Assembly (NCBI GenBank): GCA_012295275.1
Contig: CM022672.1
Coordinates: forward strand, 2,170,001 to 2,234,000
Source of the DNA: Chrysomallon squamiferum
Taxonomy: Eukaryota > Animalia > Mollusca
DNA: 64,000 bases
Direction: 5' to 3'
Shown here: one piece after another, positions 29,364 through 41,355 of the stretch
Layout of the letters: each line of letters starts with the position of its first letter
How positions within the stretch are numbered: position 1 is the first letter of the stretch
The notes under the pieces: generated by a model
Databases searched by the model: none
Told to the model about the DNA's origin: nothing
The model's input: the letters and a program-made list of their open reading frames with translations, nothing else
Position numbers and translations under genes: made by a program

Positions 29364-29666
29364 GAATGAAAGGAAATCTTTATTTAATGTCATGTTCAAC
29401 ACATTTTATTTCTACTCATATGGCACTGGATTTATGATTAAGGACCACTGAGAGGAAACCCACTGCTTTCATCTTTCTGATTAGCAGCAAGGGATCATTT
29501 ATATAATAAACAGGGTAGTACATACCACCACAATGTTTCTCACATCTGTTAGAAAACACTACCTGTGGAGCATTGGCTGGAACGAGAAATAGCTAAGTGT
29601 GTCAATCAAGAGGGATTGATCTGATGACCTACCACTCATTGAGCTATCACTGTACCACTCAGATAT
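29364..29666 (-). mobile_element. tRNA-derived SINE (MetaSINE-like), best-preserved copy in the window
   Basis: On the - strand there is a degraded A box (tatctgagtggta) and B box (agatcaatccc). The body reads ctatttctcgttccagcc...gtggtatgtactacc...atataaatgatcccttgctgctaatc...gtgggtttcctctc...gtggtcctt...aaataaaatgtgttga, followed by a (TTCC/TTCA)-type tail. It matches other copies in the window and a molluscan SINE recalled from memory. Confidence 0.75.
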
Positions 29667-30176
29667 TTCAGTTTACCTTCTATATTAACTGTACCTATTC
29701 AGTACAGGTGTACTTCTATAGGATTAATTCTAATACCATTCCTAAACTTCAGACAAATGTTCTCACAAAATACATCTCCATTCTGACAGATGTTACTGTT
29801 TTTCTACAGTCATATATCTTGTTAAGGGAAAAATAAACAAAACTCGCAGAAATAATTCAGTGCATAATAAATCATTATTAACACGAGGAAGTGGTGGTTA
29901 TTTTCTCAAAAAATATTTTATTGCTATTCATTTTTTAAATGTGTAGTGGGATGTTTATGATAATGATGATGGTGATAAAATATACATCATATATATATAT
30001 ACAGTATTTATATATAAATATACATATATATATGCATACACACAAACATAAACATGCCCACATAAACACATACATATATTACTACACACACACAAAAGCA
30101 CACACAATTGTAATCAAAGTTAAATTAAAACTTCAAGAAATTATTTTTTTAAAACAAAATAAATTTCAGTATGTTC

Positions 30177-30208
<32 letters not shown>

Positions 30209-31799
30209 AAAAAATTAAAAAAAAATGAAAAATTAAAAGAGTATGGTTAAACAGTGACTTCTGTACAGATGAGACAAATTCGTACAAGCCATCCTGACAG
30301 GTAATGGGTTTTGCATACACAGAAACCACTGGGTTGTAGATACCTGTAACACTTTCCTGACAGCTGTCAGTGCTCAAACAATCTGCTGAGTTGAGTTTTA
30401 AGTGTGTATTGTTTCTAATTTCCTCCACAGGCAGCCTGTCAGTTATACTTTCCTCTTGTCAGATGTTTTGAAGGGTCTGGTTGGCCTGTCAGTAAGAATG
30501 TGTAGGAATATGTTGTTGTATTTTGATGATCTTAAACTGTGCATAGGTCAGTAAGTGATGAATGCAAGATAATTGTGATACATGTACAGAAAGTAGCATT
30601 CATTATAACCTACAGTTAAACTGATATTACAGTTATTACTCTATTACTGCTACTATTACTACTTTTAATAGTAAATAGTTACTATTACAGTTATTAAGTA
30701 CTACAGTTACTATTACTATTACATTACTGTAACTACTACTACTATCAGTGGTATTACTATTACTAATGCAACAACTACTGCTACTTCTGTCACCACTGCT
30801 ACTGTTACTACTACCACTACTATTAAAATATTGCTACCACTAGTTTTATATAGATACTACTATTACTACTATAACTACAGCGTTCATTCTGCTAGTATTA
30901 CAATTATAAGTACCAATATTACTACTACTGTGTTACCTCTGTTATTAACACTACTACCACTACTACATTACCACTATTAATACAACTATGATAGCTATGA
31001 TGACAACAGCTGTTTAAGAATAAAAAGATACTCCTAGCAGTTGTACAGTCACCATTATTACTAACTAATTTATTACTTCTGTTGATAACACTAATACTAA
31101 CAGTAATAAAATATATATATATATATATATAAAAATCAATAAAAGTAAATTATCTCAATTTGATTTTTTTTTTTATCTTTCAGTAAAAATTCATAGTACA
31201 TAGATTACAATCTAATACCTACTTAATTACCAAATTTAAATGATATGAATGTTCATTAAAGTTTTAGTTTTTTTGTATTATTATTCTTATTTTTTATTTA
31301 TTTATTTCTTTCTTTCTTACATCTTAAAAAGAAAGAAAAAACGAATGTCGTTTAGTACTTCTGCATGGTTAGAGAAGTTAATGCATGGATAACTGCTTCT
31401 TGAGCTGAATTTCATTTGTCTAGAATTAAAATGCCCTTCAGAGCTTGGAGCCATTGGTTTCTCATCATTCAGCTTGTCTAAAATTTGGATCAAACTAATG
31501 ATGGAAAAATGATAAAGGAACAAGAAAAAGACAAATTACTTGGTTCATTTGAAGTTCAGGTCAAACTTTGGTCAAAGATTTAGTTTTTCTTTGAACAGTT
31601 GAATTGTTTCCTTATATCTGGAGGTATGATATAAATGATTAAAAAATATATATATATGCATAAATATGTAAAAATTGAAAGTTATCAAAATTCTGTTAGT
31701 ATGCAGAGAAAATCTCAGATATCAAGATATCCCACCAAAACGAATGAACATGAAAAATATTCCCAGAGGTAGAACTGACTTTTTAGTTGTTATCATCTC

Positions 31800-32190
31800 G
31801 TAATAAATGTAAATAAAGTATAAACTGTTTTCATTGGTTGTAATAAAATGTAAAATCTTTTCTCATTGGTTAATACAAAGTTTAAACCCTCTTCTCATTG
31901 GTTGTAGTATTGTGTAAACTGTACTTTCGTTGGTTGTTATAAAATATGAACTCTTTGCTGATTGGTAGTAATAATGACTAAACTTCTCATTGTTCAAAAA
32001 AATATAAATTGTCCTATCAGTGCTTGTGTACTATACATCTTCTCATTGATTGTAATAAAATGTGTAAACTCATGTCATTGCCAATAACAAAATTATAAAC
32101 TCTTTTTTCACTGGCTGTAACAAAATATAAATTTTCTTCATATTGGATGTAATAAACAGTAAATTATCCTCTCAAGGTTTGTATTATTAT
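31800..32190. repeat. Degenerate 32-bp minisatellite centred on CATTGGTTG
   Basis: ATTGG-like cores at 31833, 31865, 31897, 31929 and 31961, and again at 32045, 32077, 32110 and 32142. Confidence 0.8.
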
Positions 32191-32934
32191 ATGATTCCAT
32201 TTCCATCTATGTAGTACAGAGAAGCAGTGGAATACATTAAGACATCACATACATCAGTGAAAAAAAAAAAAAAACCCATCCATGAAATATATAACTTCAT
32301 GAAATTATAATATGTATCTCAGTAACATAATTTCTGTGACAAATGAAAAATTTCTTATCTCTGGTCTTCACCATCAATCAGAAGCTAAATGATTCACATA
32401 TAATGAACGGTGGTGGGAAAAATATCTTAATTCTTAATACCCACACAAGCGCTTGTCTCTTTTGTGCTAAATGAGCAGCAGACTTCTCTCACTAAAGATG
32501 CTCTGTTCTTATTTTTAACTCTCTGCTTTTCCTGGATGCTAATGATGATGACACCACGACCACCACTTTCACCAAGTATTAAGTTTAAGATGGTAACACC
32601 CCAGATGACCTGTCAGAAAATAACACCCATTAGTTTCAGCCAGTGTCCACTTCTTTGAACATGTAGGTTAACTGCAGGTCAAGCTGATTTTATTTTTTTT
32701 TAAAAGAAGAATCTAATGAGCATGGTGAAGGCTTAATTCCTGTCATGAAACAAGGTTACAGGCGATATCCCCCAAGGTGGAAATTTAATTTGGAATATAT
32801 TTTTGGCATAAAGAAGTGGATGGATTGCTTTTGATAAGGTTATGGTGAAGTTCAAATGATGTTAAAGGATCTGAAATAATAGGTGAATGGTTGCTTAATG
32901 ACATCCAAACAAGAAGATTAAATATGATTCTGTG

Positions 32935-33037
32935 GACTGTGGTTTAATACTTGCTTGAGATGCTGTGTGTTTGTTTGTTCAGTTCTTGTCATTCTACCCA
33001 TTGGGCTAAGTTATTAAATAACACCCAAAGATCAGTA

Positions 33038-33079
<42 letters not shown>

Positions 33080-33345
33080 TACACAGTGGAATGTGGTTTA
33101 GTGTTTGGGCTGTATGACCAGTTCTATTCAGAGAACTGTTTGACCTATTTTTGTTAATGGTTTTGAACTTGCTTATGATGCTGTGGATTATGTGTTCAGT
33201 TCTTGTCAGCGCAGTCTTTGAACAAATTTATTAAATAACATTAAAAAATGAAGAACGATAACATATACTCACAGTGGAATGTAATTTAGCATTCAGTACT
33301 TGAGATGTTTGGTGATCTGTGATCAGTTCTCTTCAGAAAACCTTG
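32935..33345. repeat. Diverged tandem duplication of ~210 bp; the first copy carries an (AAT)n expansion
   Basis: acttgctt..gatgctgtg..gttcagttcttgtca..ttattaaataaca..cacagtggaatgt..cagttct.ttcaga occurs twice in the same order. Confidence 0.75.
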
Positions 33346-36300
33346 CATTAAGCTTTCTTAATGATACCCAAAGATAAATATTATGGAATAAAATAATATA
33401 GTTTGTAATTTGGCTTAGGGATAGAAAACTTTGTATCTGAAGGTTGTTGTATTGTGAAAAATATGAAAAAAGAAAACACTTCCAGCTGATCTGTCAACAA
33501 ATGTTTCAGCAGGTTTTGTATTATGAAGGTCTGAAAGAGTGTGTTATTATCACTGCCAGGTTCCCTTTCTGCACCAGCCTATGTTTCTGCAGGTCTTTCT
33601 TTGTACTGTGAAAATACCAAAGAGGAAACCTATTTCTGCCACTGCCAGCGTTACTTTTTATATCAATAATGTTTCTGCAGATTTTCTATTACATGATATT
33701 CTATTTGTTATGAGAGTCAACAAGATGATCTGTCATAACTATATTTATTAACTTCTTAGATGAATGGAAAATATCTTTGTCAGTGTTAATATTAAAATGC
33801 GAAGGGATGTTATTAAAAAAAATAATAGTATTCAATCATTTATTAAGAGTTAAAAATGTTTCTTTACCATTTTTTATTTATTTAACTACCAATACATCAT
33901 ACAGTAACAAAATATATTGGAGCAAAAAAAACCAACTTAATTAAGTAAGTAAATAATAAAAAAATAATAAAAAAATAAAAAAAATTAAATAAATAAAAAA
34001 TAAAACAATCAGTAAATAACTACTTGTATCAATTATTTATAACTTTCATATTCATATTTACTTGTGTTATTTAAAGTTAGTAATGAATAAAGCTGCAGAA
34101 TGCATTGAGAAATGGAAAATAATAATAAAATATCTGTCTCTGTGAAACCATGGATATTATTTTTGGTTTCACATATCAGATACATATTTTCATGTCTTTG
34201 ACTTTAAAATTTAATTTAAAATAAATAATCAAATAAAGAGTCTGAAAAAATAAATAAAGAACTGAACTAATGAAATTAGTTATATTCTTGTTATAAGTAC
34301 ACAGATACACACACACACACACACATACAGACAGATGTGCATCCCCTTATCCAAACATACCTAGACACAAACATATGTACATACATTAAGTCACAAACAT
34401 TCTCAGTCTCATGTATAACTAAGATAATCAGTCTGTCTGTTATATCTGCTTTTATTAATTACCAAGCACAAAGCATTCTGAGAGATCAGATAAAAATTAG
34501 AATACTGAACAATTACACTTTGTGATTACAGACATTTTTACTGACAGATTCAGCAAGGAAACTGTTCTGACTTACCTTGCCAAATTTTTGTTCTCAGATT
34601 AATAAATACACTGATACAATGAACAAAACAAAATATTGGCATTAATCAATAGCTGGGATTGCTCTGGACTGAAACATTCTTTAGGCTGGGGTACCAGGAA
34701 GGAGATTTCCATTTCCCTGACAACCTGTCTTTGTCACGGGACTCGCGACATGATACAAGTTTGCACAGTTATGCTCTCCATCTGAATTTCTCTTTGCTGT
34801 TAAGGAAATCTGTCCAGGCTTTGGTAATTGCGTTAGAGGTGATGACAATGAAGAAGAGATTTGTTGATTGGAAGTGGAAGAATAGGTTCAGGGTGTTGCC
34901 TCATGCAGTGCCAGAGATCAAACAGATTTAGCAAATTGGAAATAATAAGTTATAACAAAACTGGTTAGGATTAATTTACAAATTACTGCAACCTTTCATT
35001 TGATTTTTTTTTCTTTTACTTGGCTTTATGTGTCATAGAGTTTGATTAGTGCCTGACAGTAGAGAGACAAAGACCGAAAATAACAGAACTGCATTGTATT
35101 TGTTATAAGAAGAGCTGCCAGTACCTCAGTGATTAGATGCTGTATTCATTCACATGATTGTACAAGAAGTATTATATAAAATTAATATAACAGAACTGAA
35201 AGATACCAGTATCTCAGTGATTAGATGTTATATTAATATCTGATTGCATAATAAGTATTGTATGAAAACAATATTAAACAGTATAACTGAAAACTGGCAA
35301 TATTTCTTGTATTAGATATATTAGTATATATTTTATGTACAGTACATGGCCATATTTAGACGGTTTTTGAAATGAGACAAAAACTGATGATTTGAAGTCA
35401 GTTATGTCTTTCATTGCAACAATGTCTGTAGACTTCAAACGGTAACTTCAGACATAAATGAATTTATTCAATGGATATGATTTTTATTGGAATAGATATT
35501 TATATTTTATATTTTTTAAATGAAATCTTTGTGTAGAAAAATTTAAAAAAGAAAAAATCATCACTTTCTGCATGAGGCATTTGCCTCATTGTAGTTATGA
35601 CCGTGCAGTACTGAGAAATAGACAGAAAGGAAGAAAACGACAAGAGAAAGACAAACAGGTGGATAACTAAAGGGATAAGCTGGGGAAAGACAAAATAATA
35701 CCATGATGGATGGATCCACGAACAAATAAATATAAACAACTACCATCTGCAAAGAATGTAAAAGTTACATTAAATAATGTATTCTGCAAAAAAGCCATGC
35801 AGTCGATGTCTTAAATTTCACAGGAATATCAGGAATATATAATTCAGTAATAATAAAAAAAAAATCACACATATGGTGGGGGGAAGAAGCCTTGTAAGTC
35901 AACAGATGTAGATTGCAGAAACCTGTTTATTCCAAGACGTGAAACCTCATTAAACTAAAGCACTTTTAGTTATTCAGAGGCACAGTTATGGAGTCAAATG
36001 TCATCATCTATTAGATAATGTGTGCATTATTTTTGTTTTGTTTCAAACTCACGAGAATTTGATACTTTGAGATTTTTGATCTAACAGTGCCTGAAAATAT
36101 ATGCCTATATTTTATGTTACATTGGTAGTAAATAGTTAAGTTATTATAAACATATATTTCAAGCTATTTAGTTGTAAATAATTACATTATTATAAAAATA
36201 TAATTATACATTTCAGCTTCAGTTTTGGTTTTAACAATTTCTGATCTTAAGTGTATTTTATTTTAGGTTGGTTGTAAATAATTAACACATTAATGAATAT

Positions 36301-37929
36301 ATAAAAATAAACTTAATTTCAGTACTTGCTTTAACAATATCTATTGGACAAGTTCATTTTATGTTCTGTATATCATAAATAAATACTCATATATATTTTA
36401 AAAATGTTATTCAGTATTTATTTTACAATTCAGAATGCAGAATGTATTTATTTTTGTGTTCTTTATTAATTAAATTAAGGTAACTCCATCCCTCCCTTGA
36501 CTTCTTCTAGAGACTTTTGCTTAAGCCAGGTTTTATTAACATAACCAATATTAACAAACTCTTAATCTGATAATAATATAAACACAGTATCATCTCTGCA
36601 AGATAGATCTTTACTTGGACATATATATAACCAGACATTTTTCAAATATAATATTTCTGACGGTGACACTAAAACACCCTCCAGGTCCATCAAATGACTC
36701 ATACCAGACACTATGACAAAAGATTATGTATTAAAAAATCTCAGACAATAAAAGCATCTCAAAAACTATTGTAGTTATTTTTAATCTTTCTTTTTCTTCT
36801 TTTTTATTTTTTAATTTTTTTGTGTGTGCTTCTAAAACATTTAAGACAAGACCACACAAACAGTGTTAAGAGGTGCTATGAAGGAAAAACATGTTTTCAA
36901 AAATGTTATTGCTCCGTGCTTCAAAACTTGGAATATAAAACATCCCAGACTGTAGTGTTTGTCTGAACAAGTACATTAACAGATTGGTTACCCAAGTGAA
37001 GTGGAAGCAGAGTGGAGCTTTGTCTGAAATGTTTGACAGTAAACATCTTTATGAAATGGTTTGCAGATACTGATTAAGGAAAGTGTTAAGAATCTATCTG
37101 TTGGGCTTTTTGTCAACTTGTTTATCTGATTATCTGTAAATGCTGTGTTGTTTAGACTGATTGGTCAGTATATTTATTCATTCATTAGTTTAATCTCTTA
37201 AAACATGTAACCAACCTCAAACTCATTACTATGCAGTAAAATATATACTAGCACACATATACAAATAATAATAATAATAATAATAAAAAATCCAAAACAA
37301 CAACAAAAAAAACCCCCCAAAACAGTAAGAACTAAAACAAAATGGAAAAAATAAAATCACACTACAAAATAGAAATTTAGTTATATGATGCTTATAAAAA
37401 GTCCATTAAAAATTACATTACACATCCGTCAAAAGTTACTTTACACAGAACTTGTATATAAAAGAAATCTTTACAACTTTTCACGTAGTTGTAATTTTCA
37501 TATAGAGTGATTTTTATTATTATTTTTTTTTATATCAGATGTTCCTGACCTTGGTTGACCAATTCATAAGTAAAAATATTAACACAATTTAACCATTTCC
37601 TTTTTTTTTTTGCATCTTTGGCATCTATCTTAAAATTTGGTTCACACAACTTTTTATTGAAGGTTCATTCTTGCAGAATAATGAACAGTTTGCCTTGGAA
37701 TTAGATTACCTCAAGACATCCATTAAAATTAATATACTTCTGTTGATTTCTCAAGCAATCTCCAGTTCTAGTTTGCACCATCTTTGTCTGTGTTCCAAGC
37801 CTACTTATCCACGCATCCATTAGCACCTTTGAAGTTGTCATTTAAAACCAATTAAGCTTAATACACTGGATTTGGGCAAAATCTTTATAAGTGCTGATTT
37901 GCTTATCACAGACTTCATTTCTAGATTTT

Positions 37930-37961
<32 letters not shown>

Positions 37962-39208
37962 CGTTTGGACCTATGGCCAAAGCTTTTGTCCTCTGATAGA
38001 TGGCCATTAGTACATCAATAATATTCATTTAATTAGAACATTTGTGAAGTTCAGAATAATTTTTATAAAACATTTCCTCTGACAGAAAGATTTTGAAATG
38101 ATGTTTATCCCAAAGAAATGAGCTAAAATGCAAAATATTGGTTTGAAGAAAGATATTAACATAAAATAATGAAAACTGAATGTATTGGTGAGAGAAGTAT
38201 ATTAATATAAATGATCCAAACTGCAATATAATTGTAAGTAGAAGCAGTAATGCAAAAATAATGTGAACTGCAAAATAATGATAAAAAAGATGATAACAGT
38301 GTAAACTGTTTGTTAGAGAAATTGGTGTTAAATGGTGCAGACTGCACTTTATTGTTAAGCACGAGACATGATACAAACAGAATGCTAACTACAGTAAATT
38401 CAACAGTGTAAAAACCATGTAAGCTGCAACATGTTGCTGTTTGCATGTGTTAAACATTAGACAGATAAACAGATGGATATACAAAGAGATAACCAGGTGC
38501 AGAGACTGCAAAAATGGTACATGCACAAACAGACAAAAATAAATTATAATCTGAAAATAACATAATTGTTATAAAAATATTTTTTTTCTGAAAAAGTTAT
38601 TATTTGTTACAAATCTGGGGTTTTTGCACAACAATGATTATTGTGATAAAAGAAATTTATTATCATTTCTTCATGTTCTTGGTGTAATCTTGATTGCCTT
38701 TGTAGAAGAGGGAACAATCATACATTTAGTGTAAGATATATAGAGCATTTGATAGATTGATAGACATGCAAACATCCATCCATTCATATATATATATAGT
38801 CCTTAAGAAATGCTGCTGGACAGAACAGTACAAGTATTGAAAAGTAATGCATTTCGGTTATAGGATCTCTTCACAGGCCTGGTGTCACTTTGGTATAGTC
38901 TTGTAAAAATAGTTTTTAAAACAGCTCCAGTAGTATTGTGAACTATTAATACTGGGAATTTTGAGATTTACAAAAAAGACTTTGCAATAACCATCATTTG
39001 ATTTACTTGTTGTTCAGAGACATTGCTTGGGGCTGAAGAATGTTTTATTTAGTCAGATGATATATTATATACTTAGAAAATCCCATTATGTTATATTACT
39101 GTCAGATTAAGACTGTAGATAGTATTGGTTATGTTAGAAGATTAGTGAAGACTTGTCTTGAGCAAAGGTCATTTAATTATTAACATATATACATGCTGAC
39201 AGACAGCC

Positions 39209-39212
<4 letters not shown>

Positions 39213-39303
<91 letters not shown>
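39213..39303. repeat. (AG)n microsatellite ~290 bp upstream of the GPCR acceptor
   Basis: Direct reading. Confidence 0.97.
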
Positions 39304-39306
<3 letters not shown>

Positions 39307-39571
39307 TCTATTGGGTTCTGGATGTTGTTTAAATGAATGATACTGTATATGTAACATTTGCAAACATGTACAAATACTTTTTTTCAGTAAAGGGAAAAAT
39401 TCATTAATATGACAAAATGCTAATTTAAAAGGAACACTAAATCTACCAAGATTATATTATCTTTTTTTCCACCTTGGGTAACTTAAAATTTATTTTTTGA
39501 GGACATTTTGTGTATCTAGAAGTCTTTATTTGAATGACTAATATTAATTTAAATAATAATTAAAAACAAAA

Positions 39572-39626
39572 TATTTCTTTTTCTTTCCAGATTGTGCCAA
39601 TACCTTGAGTGTTTTAAAAACTCACC
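39572..39626 (+). other. Splice acceptor and 36-nt 5'UTR portion of the GPCR coding exon
   Basis: Polypyrimidine tract tttctttttctttccAG ends at 39590. The exon starts at 39591, 36 nt before the ATG. Confidence 0.75.
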
Positions 39627-40892
39627 ATGACTTCTGGCCACAATTCCACCACCAAGGTTCTGCTGATGATATTCGAATCGGGTGTGAGAGCAAGCAACAT
39701 CTCTGAAGCAGTCATCACCTCAGGAGAGAAGAACTGCAGTGATATCAGATACATCGACAACATCGTCAGCAAGGAAACAGCCGAGGGCCTGAAAGAGTTT
39801 TCTGCAAACTATGCCTCGTACCACGGCTACTTCAGCGCCATGGTCTGTGTGTTTGGTATCATTGCAAACGTTGCTAACGTCCTTGTCTTGACAAGGAAGA
39901 ACATGATATCTCCGACAAACACAATACTGATGTGGCTGGCTGTGGCAGATCTCCTGACCATGCTCTCATACCTTCCATTTTCTATCCATTTCTACATTCT
40001 TAAGTCACCCCTCCTTCCACCGTTCTCTACAAAAAGTTTAGGTTGGATCTGTTTCCTTATGTTTCATGCCAGTTTCAGTATAATTTGCCACACTGTTGCG
40101 ATATGGCTGACAATAGCTCTTGCCATTTTTCGCTACATCTACATCTGCATGCCGATTAAGGGTGCGATATACTGCAATATTCACCGAGCCCGAGTTGCCA
40201 TATTTCTAGTTTATCTGTCCACGTTGCTGATTTGTATACCAAACATAATCATAAACAGGTACAAGTCAGTTCAAACGAGCAATGACACCTTCAGTATGAA
40301 CAAAAACTCAACCAATGATACAGACTACCTGTATGAGCCTTATTTGTGGGACAAGTCTGAAGTGGCCACAGTAATCCGTCAGATCAACAACTGGATCCAA
40401 GCAATATTTATCAAGCTCATTCCCTGCATCATGTTGATGACCCTCACCATTCTCTTGATTCACGCCATGCACAAGGCCTACAGGAAAAGGATGCGGTTGA
40501 AATCTGAGGGTCGCAAGGCAGAGTCTGACAAACATGGGGAACACAACCGAACCACCAAAATGCTTCTGGCAGTGGTTGTTCTCTTCATGCTCACAGAGCT
40601 ACCTCAAGGCCTGCTGACCCTGATGAACATTTTTATCCGATGTTTCCAGGATATTGTTTATAATCCTCTGGGTGACCTTCTGGACATCATGGCTCTCATC
40701 AACAACTCGGTCAACTTTGTTCTATACTGCACAATGAGCAAACAGTTCAGAGACACGTTCACCAGGGTCTTCTGTAGGTTTTGTAAAAAACATCGACCTG
40801 CATGGCTCAAACTCAAAGTAGTCCATGCCCCTACCTCGACCAATGGAAATGTAACACAGCTTGAACCTGGCACTACTCAAGCACATCTTTAA
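39627..40892 (+). CDS. dmsr-1: Class A (rhodopsin-like) neuropeptide GPCR, myosuppressin receptor/DMSR-1 family (probable myomodulin-receptor type), 421 aa, intronless CDS
   Basis: The ORF has seven hydrophobic segments. Family motifs: YHGYFSAMVCVFGIIAN (TM1), VLTRKNMISPTNTILMWLAVAD (ICL1/TM2), HTVAIWLTIALAIFRY (TM3, DRY variant), RTTKMLLAVVVLFMLTELPQG (TM6), DLLDIMALINNSVNFVLYCTMSKQFR (TM7/H8). These closely resemble insect myosuppressin receptors as recalled. Start context is CACC-ATG, with an in-frame upstream TGA. The symbol denotes the family, not proven orthology. Confidence 0.93.
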   Translation: MTSGHNSTTKVLLMIFESGVRASNISEAVITSGEKNCSDIRYIDNIVSKETAEGLKEFSANYASYHGYFSAMVCVFGIIANVANVLVLTRKNMISPTNTILMWLAVADLLTMLSYLPFSIHFYILKSPLLPPFSTKSLGWICFLMFHASFSIICHTVAIWLTIALAIFRYIYICMPIKGAIYCNIHRARVAIFLVYLSTLLICIPNIIINRYKSVQTSNDTFSMNKNSTNDTDYLYEPYLWDKSEVATVIRQINNWIQAIFIKLIPCIMLMTLTILLIHAMHKAYRKRMRLKSEGRKAESDKHGEHNRTTKMLLAVVVLFMLTELPQGLLTLMNIFIRCFQDIVYNPLGDLLDIMALINNSVNFVLYCTMSKQFRDTFTRVFCRFCKKHRPAWLKLKVVHAPTSTNGNVTQLEPGTTQAHL

Positions 40893-41316
40893 ACAGTTTA
40901 TACAGACACTTGTGGTAAGGATCTATTTAATATACAGGTGTATATAATTCATAAATGCCTGTATTTTAAATATATATATATATATGTTAAAGTGCTTAGA
41001 TGGCAATGGAAAGAATTTTCAACTAATAGATAATTGAAGTACACTGTGTGAAAATAAATACAGAGACATTTAATGTATTTAAATACACATACCAATGAAA
41101 TGCCTGTACTGGACAGGACAGAATTTTGAAATGCAGCCTGAGACCATTAATTCACTGGAAACCTTTCACTGTTCACTCTTGTCTTTGCTTCAGTTAAATA
41201 AATAAATAGAATGTGAGCAATAACGATACCAAAAACAAAAACAAATGTGTGTGAAAGTATTTAATATTTTTGTTATTACTTTGACTATGAAATATTGACT
41301 GATTCCATTATTATTG

Positions 41317-41355
<39 letters not shown>

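Noticed and set aside
29590-29666. tRNA gene
   Set aside because: Only degraded A/B boxes are present, attached to a SINE body. No cloverleaf can be formed.
40308-40873. Antisense ORFs 40308..40544 and 40658..40873
   Set aside because: They are shadow frames on the opposite strand of the GPCR CDS.
40881-40892. GPCR C-terminal AHL fits the PTS1 consensus
   Set aside because: A 7TM protein enters the ER co-translationally and is not a PTS1 matrix cargo, so the match is probably coincidental.
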